NCBI GenBank assembly: GCA_036381615.1
Contig: DASVCL010000012.1
Span: forward strand, 56,823 to 120,822
Direction of reading: 5' to 3'
Origin: Alphaproteobacteria bacterium
Lineage (GTDB): Bacteria > Pseudomonadota > Alphaproteobacteria > CACIAM-22H2
Length of the DNA: 64,000 nucleotides
Of the stretch, positions 50,750 to 59,688 are shown one piece after another. The position numbers and the translations under genes are program-made. Each line of letters starts with the position of its first letter. Position 1 is the first letter of the stretch. The notes under the pieces are model-generated. The model was not told where the DNA came from, ran no database searches, and saw nothing but the letters and a program-made list of their open reading frames with translations.

Positions 50750-51040
50750 GAGGGACTCTCGGCGAACGGGCGCAAGGCGGGGTTGCTCCAGGGCTTCCGG
50801 CGGGATGACCCGAACACTGATCCCCTCGTCACGGCCTGCCTATCGATGATTGTGCTCGTCCACCGCCCTCGACGCTTCCGGCGCAAAAACGCAGACAAGG
50901 TCATGTGCCGCGCCGGGGCATGCAAATTGACCAAATCCCGATAATCCAATCATTGCCTTCGGTTACTGCAGCTAATCTGCATGCTTGTCTTATGGCGCCT
51001 TCTCGTGCAACTCTCCGAACGACTAGACAGAGGTGCCGCC

Positions 51041-51850
51041 ATGGATCGCGTGTCACAGGAGCTGGTCAAATGGATTCCGTACCTCCGTCGTTATGCGCGA
51101 GCGCTGACCGGCTCGCAGCAGCGCGGGGATCAGTATGTCCGGGTCTGCCTTGAGACACTGCTCCAGGAGCCGCACCGGCTGAAGCCGAGTGGCGATCTCA
51201 AGCTCCAGCTTTTTGCTGTCTTCCACGATGTCTGGCGTGTAGTCGAATCGGCCGTCCCGGAGTCACGGGATGACGGCGCGACGCCGGAGATCCGGCTCCG
51301 CCATCAGTTGGCCGCACTGCCGCCAATCAATCGGCAGGTCCTTCTCCTGATTTCCCTTGAAGGGTTCTCGGTCGCGGAAGCAGGGCGGATCCTGGACATC
51401 AGCGAAGAGGAAGCCGCGGAAAGGCTCACCGAAGCGCGCGCGGAGATCCAACGGCAGACGGGCGCCCGCGTATTGATTGTCGAGGACGAGCCGGTCATCG
51501 CCATGGATATCGCGGCAATCGTGCGCTCGATCGGCCATACTGTCGTCGGCGTCGCCGCAACCAAGGACAAGGCCGTCATGCTGGCCGAGGAGCATCGACC
51601 GGGCCTGGTGCTCGCGGATATTCAGCTCAAGGACGGCGACAGCGGCATCGCGACGGTGCAGGAAATCCTGACGTCGATCGATGTGCCCGTGATTTTCGTC
51701 ACCGGTTTTCCGGAAAGGCTTCTCACCGGTGAGCATGCCGAGCCGGCGTTCCTGATCACCAAGCCGTTCGACCCCGAGACGCTCAAGGTGGCCATTGGCC
51801 AGGCGCTGTCGCTGAATCCGCCGGCCCACACGCACACGGCGCGCAACTGA
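51041..51850 (+). CDS. phyR: anti-anti-sigma response regulator PhyR
   Basis: N-terminal sigma-like domain (PYLRRYARALTGSQ..GD) plus receiver domain (IVEDE, LADIQL.DG, TG, LITKPF). Confidence 0.95.
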   Translation: MDRVSQELVKWIPYLRRYARALTGSQQRGDQYVRVCLETLLQEPHRLKPSGDLKLQLFAVFHDVWRVVESAVPESRDDGATPEIRLRHQLAALPPINRQVLLLISLEGFSVAEAGRILDISEEEAAERLTEARAEIQRQTGARVLIVEDEPVIAMDIAAIVRSIGHTVVGVAATKDKAVMLAEEHRPGLVLADIQLKDGDSGIATVQEILTSIDVPVIFVTGFPERLLTGEHAEPAFLITKPFDPETLKVAIGQALSLNPPAHTHTARN

Positions 51851-51901
51851 CGGCAAACCGTCCGCCGTCAGCCGCACAAGCAACCAGCCGCACGGGGTAA
51901 G

Positions 51902-51933
51902 AGGTCCTGGCGCCGATCACGGCGCCAGGACCT
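51902..51933. terminator. hairpin between convergent phyR and sodB
   Basis: 13-bp perfect stem AGGTCCTGGCGCC / GGCGCCAGGACCT, 6-nt loop; second 8-bp stem at 51847-51871. Confidence 0.7.
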
Positions 51934-51979
51934 TCTTGGCATCCTTGGCCGAACGGAGGACTGGTCCGGGACGGTACCG

Positions 51980-52603
51980 TCAGGCGAATTCGCGCAACGC
52001 CGCTGTCGGCTCGCGCAGCCGTTCCTGCACGTAATCCCAGTTCACGACATGATCCAGAAAGGCGTCGACATAGTCGCCACGCCGATTCTGATAATCGAGG
52101 TAATAGGCATGCTCCCAAACGTCGCAGGCAAGTAGAACATCCTTGCCGTCGACGAACGGCGGATCGGCATTCTGCGTCGATATTACCTCGAGCCCGTCGG
52201 CGTCCATCACCAGCCACGCGTAGCCGCTGCCGAAGCGGCCGACCGCGGCCTCCTTGAACTTCTTCTTGAAGCCGTCGAAGTCGCCGAATGCCTGCGCGAT
52301 TCGGCTGGCGATGTCGCGCGGTGGCCTTCCGCCCCCGCCCGGCTTCATGCAGTTCCATTGGACGGTGTGATTCCACACCTGGCTCGCATTGTTGAAGATC
52401 TGCTGGTGCTGCGGCTGGCGGGCGGCCTGCCGGATGATCTGTTCGAGAGATGCTCTCTCGAAGTCGGTACCCGCAATCAGCTCGTTCAACTTGTCGACAT
52501 ATGCCTTGTGATGCTTGTCGTGATGGAAGCGTAGCGTGTCGGCCGAGATGTAAGGCGCGAGAGCCTCGTAGTCGTAAGGTAGCGGCGGAAGTTCGAAGGC
52601 CAT
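51980..52603 (-). CDS. sodB: superoxide dismutase, Fe-type residues
   Basis: LPYDY.AL.P, HHDKHH, FNNASQVWNH and DVWEHAYY motifs; Gln before WNH and QNAD (not NQD) indicate Fe-type. Confidence 0.92.
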   Translation of the reverse strand: MAFELPPLPYDYEALAPYISADTLRFHHDKHHKAYVDKLNELIAGTDFERASLEQIIRQAARQPQHQQIFNNASQVWNHTVQWNCMKPGGGGRPPRDIASRIAQAFGDFDGFKKKFKEAAVGRFGSGYAWLVMDADGLEVISTQNADPPFVDGKDVLLACDVWEHAYYLDYQNRRGDYVDAFLDHVVNWDYVQERLREPTAALREFA

Positions 52604-52673
52604 GACCGTCCTCCTCCTCCTTGCGTCGATCGGCGTCGCGGCGGGCGTCGCCCGTGCCTGTAACGGCTTGTCG

Positions 52674-52698
52674 AACGTGATCAATTGACGACCGTTCC
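52674..52698 (-). promoter_or_regulatory. sigma-EcfG-type promoter for sodB (GGAAC-N16-CGTT)
   Basis: + strand AACG 52674-52677 and GTTCC 52694-52698. Confidence 0.8.
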
Positions 52699-52734
52699 AG
52701 CGGAACGATCGCAAAGGCCGGCAGGCACTGAACC

Positions 52735-52759
52735 GGAACCGGAAGGAATCGGCCGCGTT
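52735..52759 (+). promoter_or_regulatory. sigma-EcfG-type promoter for PRC-hemerythrin genes (GGAAC-N16-CGTT)
   Basis: GGAAC 52735-52739 and CGTT 52756-52759. Confidence 0.8.
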
Positions 52760-52787
52760 GCTACGTCACCGACTGAGGGAGGTACAG

Positions 52788-53237
52788 ATGCCGTCCAATG
52801 TTATTGCGGCTAAAAAGGTGCAGGGCACGCCGGTCACCAATCCGCAAGGCGAGAATCTGGGCGAGATCGAAGATGTCGTCATCGACAAGCTTGACGGTAC
52901 AGTCCGCTACGCGGTGCTGTCGTTCGGCGGTTTTCTCGGCATGGGCGACAAGCTTTTCGCGCTGCCCTGGGAAGTGCTGAACTACAACGAAGCGCAGGGC
53001 GCCTACGTCATCGACGTCGACAAGGACACACTGCAGAACGCGCCGGGATTCGAGGAGAACGACTGGCCCGATATGGCCGATCCGACCTGGAGCGAGCGGT
53101 TGCGGCGTCACTACAACCTGCCGGCAGACGTCAGCGCACGAGCGGAGGGCGTGACGCAGCCCGGCATCGATGACCTCTCCGGCCCTGCCGGAACCACGAC
53201 AAGCCCTGCGGCGACCCCTCGACAGCGCAGGACCTGA
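52788..53237 (+). CDS. cytoplasmic PRC-barrel domain protein
   Basis: V.GT.V.N..GE.LG.IEDVVIDK..G.V.YAVLSFGGFLG.G.K...LPW motif; no signal peptide; GGGAGG SD. Confidence 0.9.
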   Translation: MPSNVIAAKKVQGTPVTNPQGENLGEIEDVVIDKLDGTVRYAVLSFGGFLGMGDKLFALPWEVLNYNEAQGAYVIDVDKDTLQNAPGFEENDWPDMADPTWSERLRRHYNLPADVSARAEGVTQPGIDDLSGPAGTTTSPAATPRQRRT

Positions 53238-53285
53238 GGCACATCACGCCCGGCCCGTTCGATTCTGCAAAGAACGAGGTTTCCG

Positions 53286-53729
53286 ATGCAAATTTTTCAG
53301 TTGCTGAAAAGCGATCATGCCGAAGTCAAGAAGATGCTTCAGAAGATTACGGAAACCGGCGGGATGAGGACCCGCCAAAAGCTCTTCGGGACATTGAAAG
53401 AGGCGCTGATCGCGCACACCCGGGCCGAACAGCAGGTTTTCTACCGGACGCTCGAAGACTACGATGAAACCGCGGATATGGCGCTGGAAGCCGAAGTCGA
53501 ACACGAGATCGTGGACCGCCTGCTCGCCGATCTCAGCAACATGGAAATCGATCCGGAGCGGTGGTCGGCGAAGTGCAAGGTGCTTCGGGAACTCGTGGAA
53601 CATCACATCAAGGAAGAGGAAAGCGAGATGTTCCGCCTCGCCCGCAAGGTCCTCGACCGCAAGCAGATCCAGGAACTCGGCGATCGCTTCCAGTCGATCA
53701 AGAAGCAGCAGCTCGAACCGGCGGTGTGA
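53286..53729 (+). CDS. hemerythrin/HHE cation-binding domain protein
   Basis: LK.DH, H..AE..VFY, EH and HHI.EEE..MF motifs. Confidence 0.88.
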   Translation: MQIFQLLKSDHAEVKKMLQKITETGGMRTRQKLFGTLKEALIAHTRAEQQVFYRTLEDYDETADMALEAEVEHEIVDRLLADLSNMEIDPERWSAKCKVLRELVEHHIKEEESEMFRLARKVLDRKQIQELGDRFQSIKKQQLEPAV

Positions 53730-53833
53730 CCTGCTCGTCGGTCAACGACGGTTGGCACATATGCGCTGATCAGGCGCACCGGCGTTGCACAGACTCGAGA
53801 AAGTAAAGCGTGAAGACTCGCGCGGATATTATC

Positions 53834-53858
53834 GGAACCTTTCACAAAAGCCCCCGTT
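53834..53858 (+). promoter_or_regulatory. sigma-EcfG-type promoter (GGAAC-N16-CGTT)
   Basis: GGAAC 53834-53838 and CGTT 53855-53858. Confidence 0.8.
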
Positions 53859-53890
53859 TTCAAAAAACCCGAAACGTGAGGAGCTTAGTA

Positions 53891-54262
53891 ATGGCTCAAA
53901 AATCCCAAGGCACTGGGACCTCAAATCGCGGGTTCGCCTCGATGGATAAGGCCAAGCAGCGGGAGATCGCCAGCAAAGGCGGCCAAAGTGTTCCTGCGGC
54001 GAAGCGTAGCTTTTCACAGGATCGGCGGCTTGCTGCCGAGGCCGGGCGAAAGGGCGGCCAGAGCAGCCACGGAGGCGGGCGGAAGCGAGAGCAGATCGAT
54101 ACCGGCCAGGCTGCGACTGCGGCACCGAATGTCGCGCCGGCCGCAGGCGCAACCGGTCCGGGTCGGACTCCGGGCGCACGTCCGAGTGATGCCCCCGACG
54201 TTGGGGGTATGGAGAATCGGGAACACGCCCCTACAGATACCGAGAAGGTTGAATCGCATTAG
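53891..54262 (+). CDS. KGG-repeat (YciG/GsiB/Con-10-like) stress protein
   Basis: RGFASMD..KQREIASKGG and AAEAGRKGG repeats; GAGGAG SD. Confidence 0.9.
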   Translation: MAQKSQGTGTSNRGFASMDKAKQREIASKGGQSVPAAKRSFSQDRRLAAEAGRKGGQSSHGGGRKREQIDTGQAATAAPNVAPAAGATGPGRTPGARPSDAPDVGGMENREHAPTDTEKVESH

Positions 54263-54279
54263 CGGCGTCACATTCCCGA

Positions 54280-54304
54280 AAAGGGCCGCAAGGTGCGGCC
54301 CTTT
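54280..54304 (+). terminator. putative intrinsic terminator after the KGG gene
   Basis: AAAGGGCCGC-AAGGT-GCGGCCCTTT 10-bp stem, 18 nt after the stop. Confidence 0.7.
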
Positions 54305-54364
54305 CACTTGGTGCAGACGCCAAACGGGTAGTCCGGCACCTTCGGGTTACCTCTAATGTGACTC

Positions 54365-54547
54365 ATGTCAGCGACCCCAACGCCGCCCGTCCCCCCGCAG
54401 CCAAACCCGCAGCCAGCGCCGGGCCCACAGCCGGAAATTCAGCCGCCTTCACCGGTTCCTACGCCGGGTCCGCCGCCGCCGCAGCCGGAAATCCCGCCAC
54501 CGCCGACCCCTCACCCCGATCTCCCGCAGCAGCCGCCGACCGGCTAG
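54365..54547 (+). CDS. proline-rich small hypothetical protein (60 aa)
   Basis: About half Pro with repeated PQPEIxPP; fills the gap and shares a CTAG stop with convergent livF. Confidence 0.5.
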   Translation: MSATPTPPVPPQPNPQPAPGPQPEIQPPSPVPTPGPPPPQPEIPPPPTPHPDLPQQPPTG

Positions 54548-55278
54548 CCTGGTCGAGTGGCGTTCGGCTCCCCGGTGAGCAAAGCGGCGGCGATCTCCCC
54601 TTGTCCGCGAAACGCCCCCGCAGGCCCTTTCGCCACCAACTGTCCGGCGCGAAGCACACAGATTTGGTGCGCCACCGCAAGTGCGGTTCCAATGTTCTGG
54701 TCGGCCATCAATACCGCCCGGCCGGTTGAGGCGATCCTGCGGATCCGGACGAATACGTCCTGCATCAATGCCGGGGCCAGCCCGAGCGAGGGTTCATCGA
54801 GCAGGAGCAGCTTCCCACCCGACACGAGCGCCCGGCCGATCGCCAGCATCTGCTGTTGGCCGCCCGAAAGCCGCCAGCCCGGCACATCCGCGTTGGTCTC
54901 GAGCGCCGGAAAGAGCTGATACACCTCGGCAAGCCGCATGCGGGCCGCGGCACGATCTCCCCGCCAGGCGACCTCCAGGTTTTCGCGAACCGTCATGCCG
55001 GGGAAGATGCGACGCCCCTCAGGGCTATAGCCGATCCCCTGCCGGATCCGGGCCGCGGTATCGAGTTCGTCGAGCGACGTGCCGTCGAACATGATTTGCC
55101 CGGAGGATGGGCGGACCAGTCCGATGACGGTCTTCAGCAGCGTCGACTTGCCGGCCCCGTTATTGCCGACCAGAGCCACGATCTCGCCCGGACGTACCAT
55201 CACGGACACGTCGCGCAGCGCGAGCATGCGTCCGTAGTGGACCGTGACGCCATCCAGCTGAAGGAGCGGCTCCGTCAC
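54544..55278 (-). CDS. branched-chain-type ABC transporter ATPase (LivF-like)
   Basis: G.NGAGKST, LSGGQQQMLAIGRAL and LLLDEPSLGL motifs. Confidence 0.92.
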   Translation of the reverse strand: MTEPLLQLDGVTVHYGRMLALRDVSVMVRPGEIVALVGNNGAGKSTLLKTVIGLVRPSSGQIMFDGTSLDELDTAARIRQGIGYSPEGRRIFPGMTVRENLEVAWRGDRAAARMRLAEVYQLFPALETNADVPGWRLSGGQQQMLAIGRALVSGGKLLLLDEPSLGLAPALMQDVFVRIRRIASTGRAVLMADQNIGTALAVAHQICVLRAGQLVAKGPAGAFRGQGEIAAALLTGEPNATRPG

Positions 55279-57062
55279 GGCAGTCCGTCCTGCGGCTGGG
55301 CGCCGAAGTAGGCGGCAATGACGTTGCGATCGGCCCGGACATCCGACGGATTGCCGGCGGCGATCACCCGTCCGGCGTCAAGGCAGACGAGACGGTCCGC
55401 AATAGCCATCAGGAACGGCACGTTGTGCTCGATCACGATCAGCGCAAGACCGGACGTCCGTAGGTCTTTGAGGCGGAATGCCAAATCCTGCTGCTCTATT
55501 TCGTTGAGCCCGGCCGCCGGTTCGTCGAGAAGAAGCAATCGCGGCTCGAGCGCAAGCGCGCGGGCAATCTCCAACCGGCGTCTCAGTCCCTGGGCGAGAT
55601 TACCGGCCGGCTCGAAGGCGGCGTCCGACATACCGAGGCGTTCAAGAAGGTGCGCCGCCTGACGCTTGGCCAGATCGAGCGGGGCATCGACTTTCGTCGA
55701 GCCCTTCGGCCGGCCGGATCCGGTGCCCAGCCTCGTCAGTCGCGCGACCGCCACGTTTTCAAGACACGTCATATCGTCGACAAGTTCGATCAGCTGAAAC
55801 GTTCGCGCAACGCCGCACTGCGCGATCCGGAAGGCCGGATCGTGCGTTATGTCCTGCCCCATCAGCCGAACCTCGCCCGCGTCCGCGGGCGTCAGCCCGG
55901 TCACGATGTTGACGAGCGTCGTCTTTCCCGAACCGTTCGGCCCGATCAGACCGACGATTTCACCCCGGTCGACCTGGAACGAGACATTTTCGAGCGCGGT
56001 CACGCCGCCAAACCGTTTGGTTAGGCCGCTGACCGAAAGCAACGGCACCTCCGTTGCGACGTTGTCCGGTGCGGCGCTTGGGAGTGGCACCGGTGACGGC
56101 AACGTTTGCCGCGGCTTGAGTCCCAATCGAGCGCCGATCCGATCAAGCAACCCGGCGAGTCCGTCCGGTGCGACGATGATCATCGCCAGCAACGCGCCAC
56201 CATAGGCGATCAGGTAATAGTGCTCGAGAAACCGGAACCATTCCGGCAACTGCACCAGCAGGAATGCGCCGAAGAACGCGCCGATCACGCGCGTCCTGCC
56301 GCCGATCACCGCCATGGCCAAACACGTGACCATGACATGGAATTCGAGCACTTCGGGCGAGACGACCCGCAGCGTGTGGGCATGAAGCGCCCCGGCGATG
56401 CCCGCAAACGCGGCACTCAGCAGGAACGCCGAAAACCGCAGCCGCGCGGTATCGAGGCCGATCGACATCGCCGCCAGCTCGCTCGTCCGCATGAGCTGGA
56501 AGGCGCGGCCGCGGATGTCGCGCATCAACCACCACGCGACGAGCGCGCATACCCCGGCAATCCCCCACACGAATGCCAGCGTCGGATAGCCGCGCGGCAG
56601 CACCAGCCCGAAGGCGCCGATTCCCGGCACCCCGGCCAAGCCATTGGCGCCGCCGGTCACCGATTCCCACCTGATGGCGATCAGCAGCGCCACTTGGGCG
56701 ATGCCCAGCGTCGCAAGAGCGAAGTAATGCGATTCGAGGCGAAGAACCGGTACCGCCACCACGACCGCGACAAGAACCGGAACGACGATCGAGAGCGGAA
56801 ACGTCGCCGGAAAGCTCCACCCGAACCTGGCGCCGAGAATTCCGGTGACATACGCGGCGATGCCGAAGAATGCCCCCTGCGTCAAGGCCAATGCGCCGGC
56901 GTGCCCGAAGATGAACTGGTAGCCGAGAACCAGGATCGCGTAGATCCCGACCAGCGTGAACACGCGCAAGTCGTAGGGTGACGTGAAGACGAGCGGCCAC
57001 GCAACCAGACATGCCAGGCCGGCGAGCGGCATCAGCCGGGAGGTGGGTACGTGCCTGCTCAT
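55275..57062 (-). CDS. fused LivM-like permease and LivG-like ATPase
   Basis: TM region followed by GPNGSGKTT and LLLDEPAAG; ATGA overlap with livH; true start 57062, not 57917. Confidence 0.9.
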   Translation of the reverse strand: MSRHVPTSRLMPLAGLACLVAWPLVFTSPYDLRVFTLVGIYAILVLGYQFIFGHAGALALTQGAFFGIAAYVTGILGARFGWSFPATFPLSIVVPVLVAVVVAVPVLRLESHYFALATLGIAQVALLIAIRWESVTGGANGLAGVPGIGAFGLVLPRGYPTLAFVWGIAGVCALVAWWLMRDIRGRAFQLMRTSELAAMSIGLDTARLRFSAFLLSAAFAGIAGALHAHTLRVVSPEVLEFHVMVTCLAMAVIGGRTRVIGAFFGAFLLVQLPEWFRFLEHYYLIAYGGALLAMIIVAPDGLAGLLDRIGARLGLKPRQTLPSPVPLPSAAPDNVATEVPLLSVSGLTKRFGGVTALENVSFQVDRGEIVGLIGPNGSGKTTLVNIVTGLTPADAGEVRLMGQDITHDPAFRIAQCGVARTFQLIELVDDMTCLENVAVARLTRLGTGSGRPKGSTKVDAPLDLAKRQAAHLLERLGMSDAAFEPAGNLAQGLRRRLEIARALALEPRLLLLDEPAAGLNEIEQQDLAFRLKDLRTSGLALIVIEHNVPFLMAIADRLVCLDAGRVIAAGNPSDVRADRNVIAAYFGAQPQDGLP

Positions 57063-57973
57063 GCACGACGCTGCGCGATCTCGCCGAACAGGCCCTGCGG
57101 ACGAAGAAACAGCACGGCGAGCAAGGCGACGTAGAGAACGATCGATGCGGATGTCTGGGAGAACATCCCGTGTATTGCAGCCGGCAGAAACGGGACCAGC
57201 AGCGGCAATGCCGGAAACATGATTTCGAACACCGCGATGAGCATGGCCCCGGCGATCGCGCCATGCAGCCGGCCCCATCCGCCGATGGTCGCCGCGATGT
57301 AGGCTTTGAGGATGTAGTTGGTCCCGTCGGTCGGCGTGATGAAATAGGTATTGGCGAGCAGTAGTCCGGCGACCCCGGCAAGAGCGGCTGCGAGCGCGAA
57401 CGTAAGCGCGATCATCAGGTTGACGCGGATGCCGAGTGCCGCCGCCATCTCGCGGTCCTGGGCCGTCGCGCGCAGGCTCTGCCCAAGTCGGGTTCGCATG
57501 AGCAGGACGTGCTGGCCGGCGACGAGAAGTGCAGCGATCGCGACGACCGCGATGGCCTGAATGCCGATCGTAAGACCGCCGACGTCGATGTTGCCTGCTG
57601 CGAGGAGCGGCGGCGTGGCGCGCGGCTCGGGCCCGAACGTCACCATCGCGACGTTCTGGAAGATGACTCCAAGTGCGATCGTGCTGATGAAAACGGAAAC
57701 CGGCGGACGGGATTTCAACGGAAAGTACCCGATTGCGGAGAAGGCCAGCCCGAGCAGCCCGGTAAGCAGCACGACCGCCGGCAGGAGCACGAGCCCCGGT
57801 ACGGGCCAAAGATTGGCCAATCCGATCGCGACGAAGCCGCCTGCCATCACCATGTCGCCCTGCGCGAAGTTGACCGCCCCGGTCGCGTTCAACACCAGAA
57901 CGAAGCCGAGCGCACAAAGAGCGTAGGCCGCGCCCAAGGCGACGCCGTTGACGAGGAGCTGCAGGGTCAACAT
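57059..57973 (-). CDS. LivH-like ABC permease
   Basis: QLL.NG.ALGA.YAL.ALG...V......VNFAQGD motif. Confidence 0.92.
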   Translation of the reverse strand: MLTLQLLVNGVALGAAYALCALGFVLVLNATGAVNFAQGDMVMAGGFVAIGLANLWPVPGLVLLPAVVLLTGLLGLAFSAIGYFPLKSRPPVSVFISTIALGVIFQNVAMVTFGPEPRATPPLLAAGNIDVGGLTIGIQAIAVVAIAALLVAGQHVLLMRTRLGQSLRATAQDREMAAALGIRVNLMIALTFALAAALAGVAGLLLANTYFITPTDGTNYILKAYIAATIGGWGRLHGAIAGAMLIAVFEIMFPALPLLVPFLPAAIHGMFSQTSASIVLYVALLAVLFLRPQGLFGEIAQRRA

Positions 57974-58061
57974 CCCGGCTTGCCGATCAGGCCCCCAGCC
58001 GCAGCGGCCGCAATTCGTCCTTCCGAAGCGGCCCGCCCGCGGCCGCGGCGTTGCACGATCC

Positions 58062-59201
58062 TCACGGTGTCAGCGCGCCGGTGATGTTGTCGTAGCGCTT
58101 GACGACCTTGGGCACGCGCGTCCGACCATCGAAGCACATGATGACGGCCGAATGCGCCATGTTGCCGCGTCCGTCCGACTTGTACGTCATGGCGACGCCG
58201 TCGTAGCGCATACCGGCCAGCGCGCGCGCCACCTCGGCGGGCGTGCGGGCGCCCTTCGACACGGCCTCGAGGACCATCATCGTGCCGTCGTATTGACCGA
58301 GCGCGAATCCGTCGGGTTCGACGCCGAACGTCTCCCGATATTGCTGCAGAAAGCGTTCCATTTCCGGTGTCCCGCCCGAAACCGGGGACGCATTGGCTTC
58401 GGCGCAGACGCCACGCAGCTCTTCGGGTTCGAGCAGGGCGGCCGTCGGCGGCTGATGCATCGCCGAGCCTGCGACGATCGGGATGCCCACCCCCATGGCC
58501 GCAGCCTGCCGGATGAACAATGCGGTCGGACCGGAATGCAGATGAATGAGAATGCCGTCGGGATTGGCGGCCTTCGCCTTGCTCAGAACCGGCAGCATGT
58601 CCCGAACCTGCACCTCGAGCGCCTCCTCGAACACGGGCGCAAGACCGTGTTTCGCGAGATTCTCGACGATATGGCGGCGGCCGCTCTGGCCGTAAGCGGT
58701 CGTCTGGTAGACGAGCGCCAGCCGGCGCAGGCCGAGTTCTTCGACCGCGTAACGCACATGAGCGACCTTCGTGACGTCGTCGCCCGGGAAAAACCGGAAA
58801 ACGTAAGGGTTGCCCATCTCGGTGATCTGAGCGGTACCCGAGACCGTGACCAGAGGCACCTTTCGCTCCAGCACGATGGGAAGCATCGCCAGCATCTGGG
58901 TTCCGAGCATCGATGCGACAACGGCAGTCACGGAACCCCGATCCAGCGCCCGCTCCAGTGCATTGACGGCGCCTTCGGGCGAGACGCCGGTATCGACGAC
59001 GTCGTACTGGACGCGAAGATTCGGCGGGGCATTCCGGATCGCGAGCACGGCGCCATTGCGCTGGCTGGTACCTTCCAGCGACAGGAATCCGGTGATCGGC
59101 ACCAGGACCGGGATGCTCACATCGACCGGCGCGGATTGCTCCGCGTGGACTGGTGAAAGCATGAGCAATGCCATCAGCCCGGTCAGCCAACTGTATCGCA
59201 T
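58062..59201 (-). CDS. periplasmic ligand-binding protein (LivK/PBP1 type)
   Basis: Signal peptide MRYSWLTGLMALLMLSPVHA, P.TG motif and Y...AYG motif; GGAGGA SD before ATG 59201. Confidence 0.88.
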   Translation of the reverse strand: MRYSWLTGLMALLMLSPVHAEQSAPVDVSIPVLVPITGFLSLEGTSQRNGAVLAIRNAPPNLRVQYDVVDTGVSPEGAVNALERALDRGSVTAVVASMLGTQMLAMLPIVLERKVPLVTVSGTAQITEMGNPYVFRFFPGDDVTKVAHVRYAVEELGLRRLALVYQTTAYGQSGRRHIVENLAKHGLAPVFEEALEVQVRDMLPVLSKAKAANPDGILIHLHSGPTALFIRQAAAMGVGIPIVAGSAMHQPPTAALLEPEELRGVCAEANASPVSGGTPEMERFLQQYRETFGVEPDGFALGQYDGTMMVLEAVSKGARTPAEVARALAGMRYDGVAMTYKSDGRGNMAHSAVIMCFDGRTRVPKVVKRYDNITGALTP

Positions 59202-59337
59202 GCAAGATCCTCCATGACGCCTTGCCCACGGATTCGCCGGCAGGATATTGCAGCCAATACCGCCCATCGGGAAGCACCGAACCCGCGGCTGCCTCGCATG
59301 TCCCAAGTTCGACCTGATCCTGGCGGCGCCGCAGCCG

Positions 59338-59515
59338 TCAGACGAAACCTCGGCCGTGCCGCGCGCCGCTTCCCGGCCTTTGTGGGCGATCTCGTGCGTC
59401 GCGGCTCCCTGCGCCTTCACCGCCGCAGCGATCGTCGTCGCGATTTCTTTGATCTCGCCGATCGTCATGACCGGGCCCTTGGCCGCCCTTGGATCGACGC
59501 GATCTGCCGAGCGAT
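59338..59515 (-). pseudogene. fragment of a methyl-accepting chemotaxis protein signalling domain
   Basis: IARQIASIQ (59489-59515), then in another frame TIGEIKEIATTIAAAVKAQGAATHEIA...AARGTAEVS, the MCP methylation-helix pattern. Confidence 0.7.
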
Positions 59516-59688
59516 TCCAGCACTGACGGGCCGTTTACGGGCGGTCCGGGTCCCTCCATGATGATCCGGCCCCGGCGCGACAGATCCGGTGGCAGCCGGA
59601 GCCCTCGGGCGACCGGATCGGCCGGGATGGCGGCGGCTTGCGGACACCCGCCTTGGCCCGCCCGGACAGGCCGTGTAATGAAGTGGGC

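Noticed and set aside
57063-57917. N-terminal extension of the 880-aa ORF 55275-57917
   Set aside because: Overlaps livH in another frame; the real start is the ATGA-coupled ATG at 57062
59202-59468. MCP-SBP fusion protein (468 aa)
   Set aside because: The SBP has its own SD and signal peptide at 59201; the upstream part is an MCP remnant
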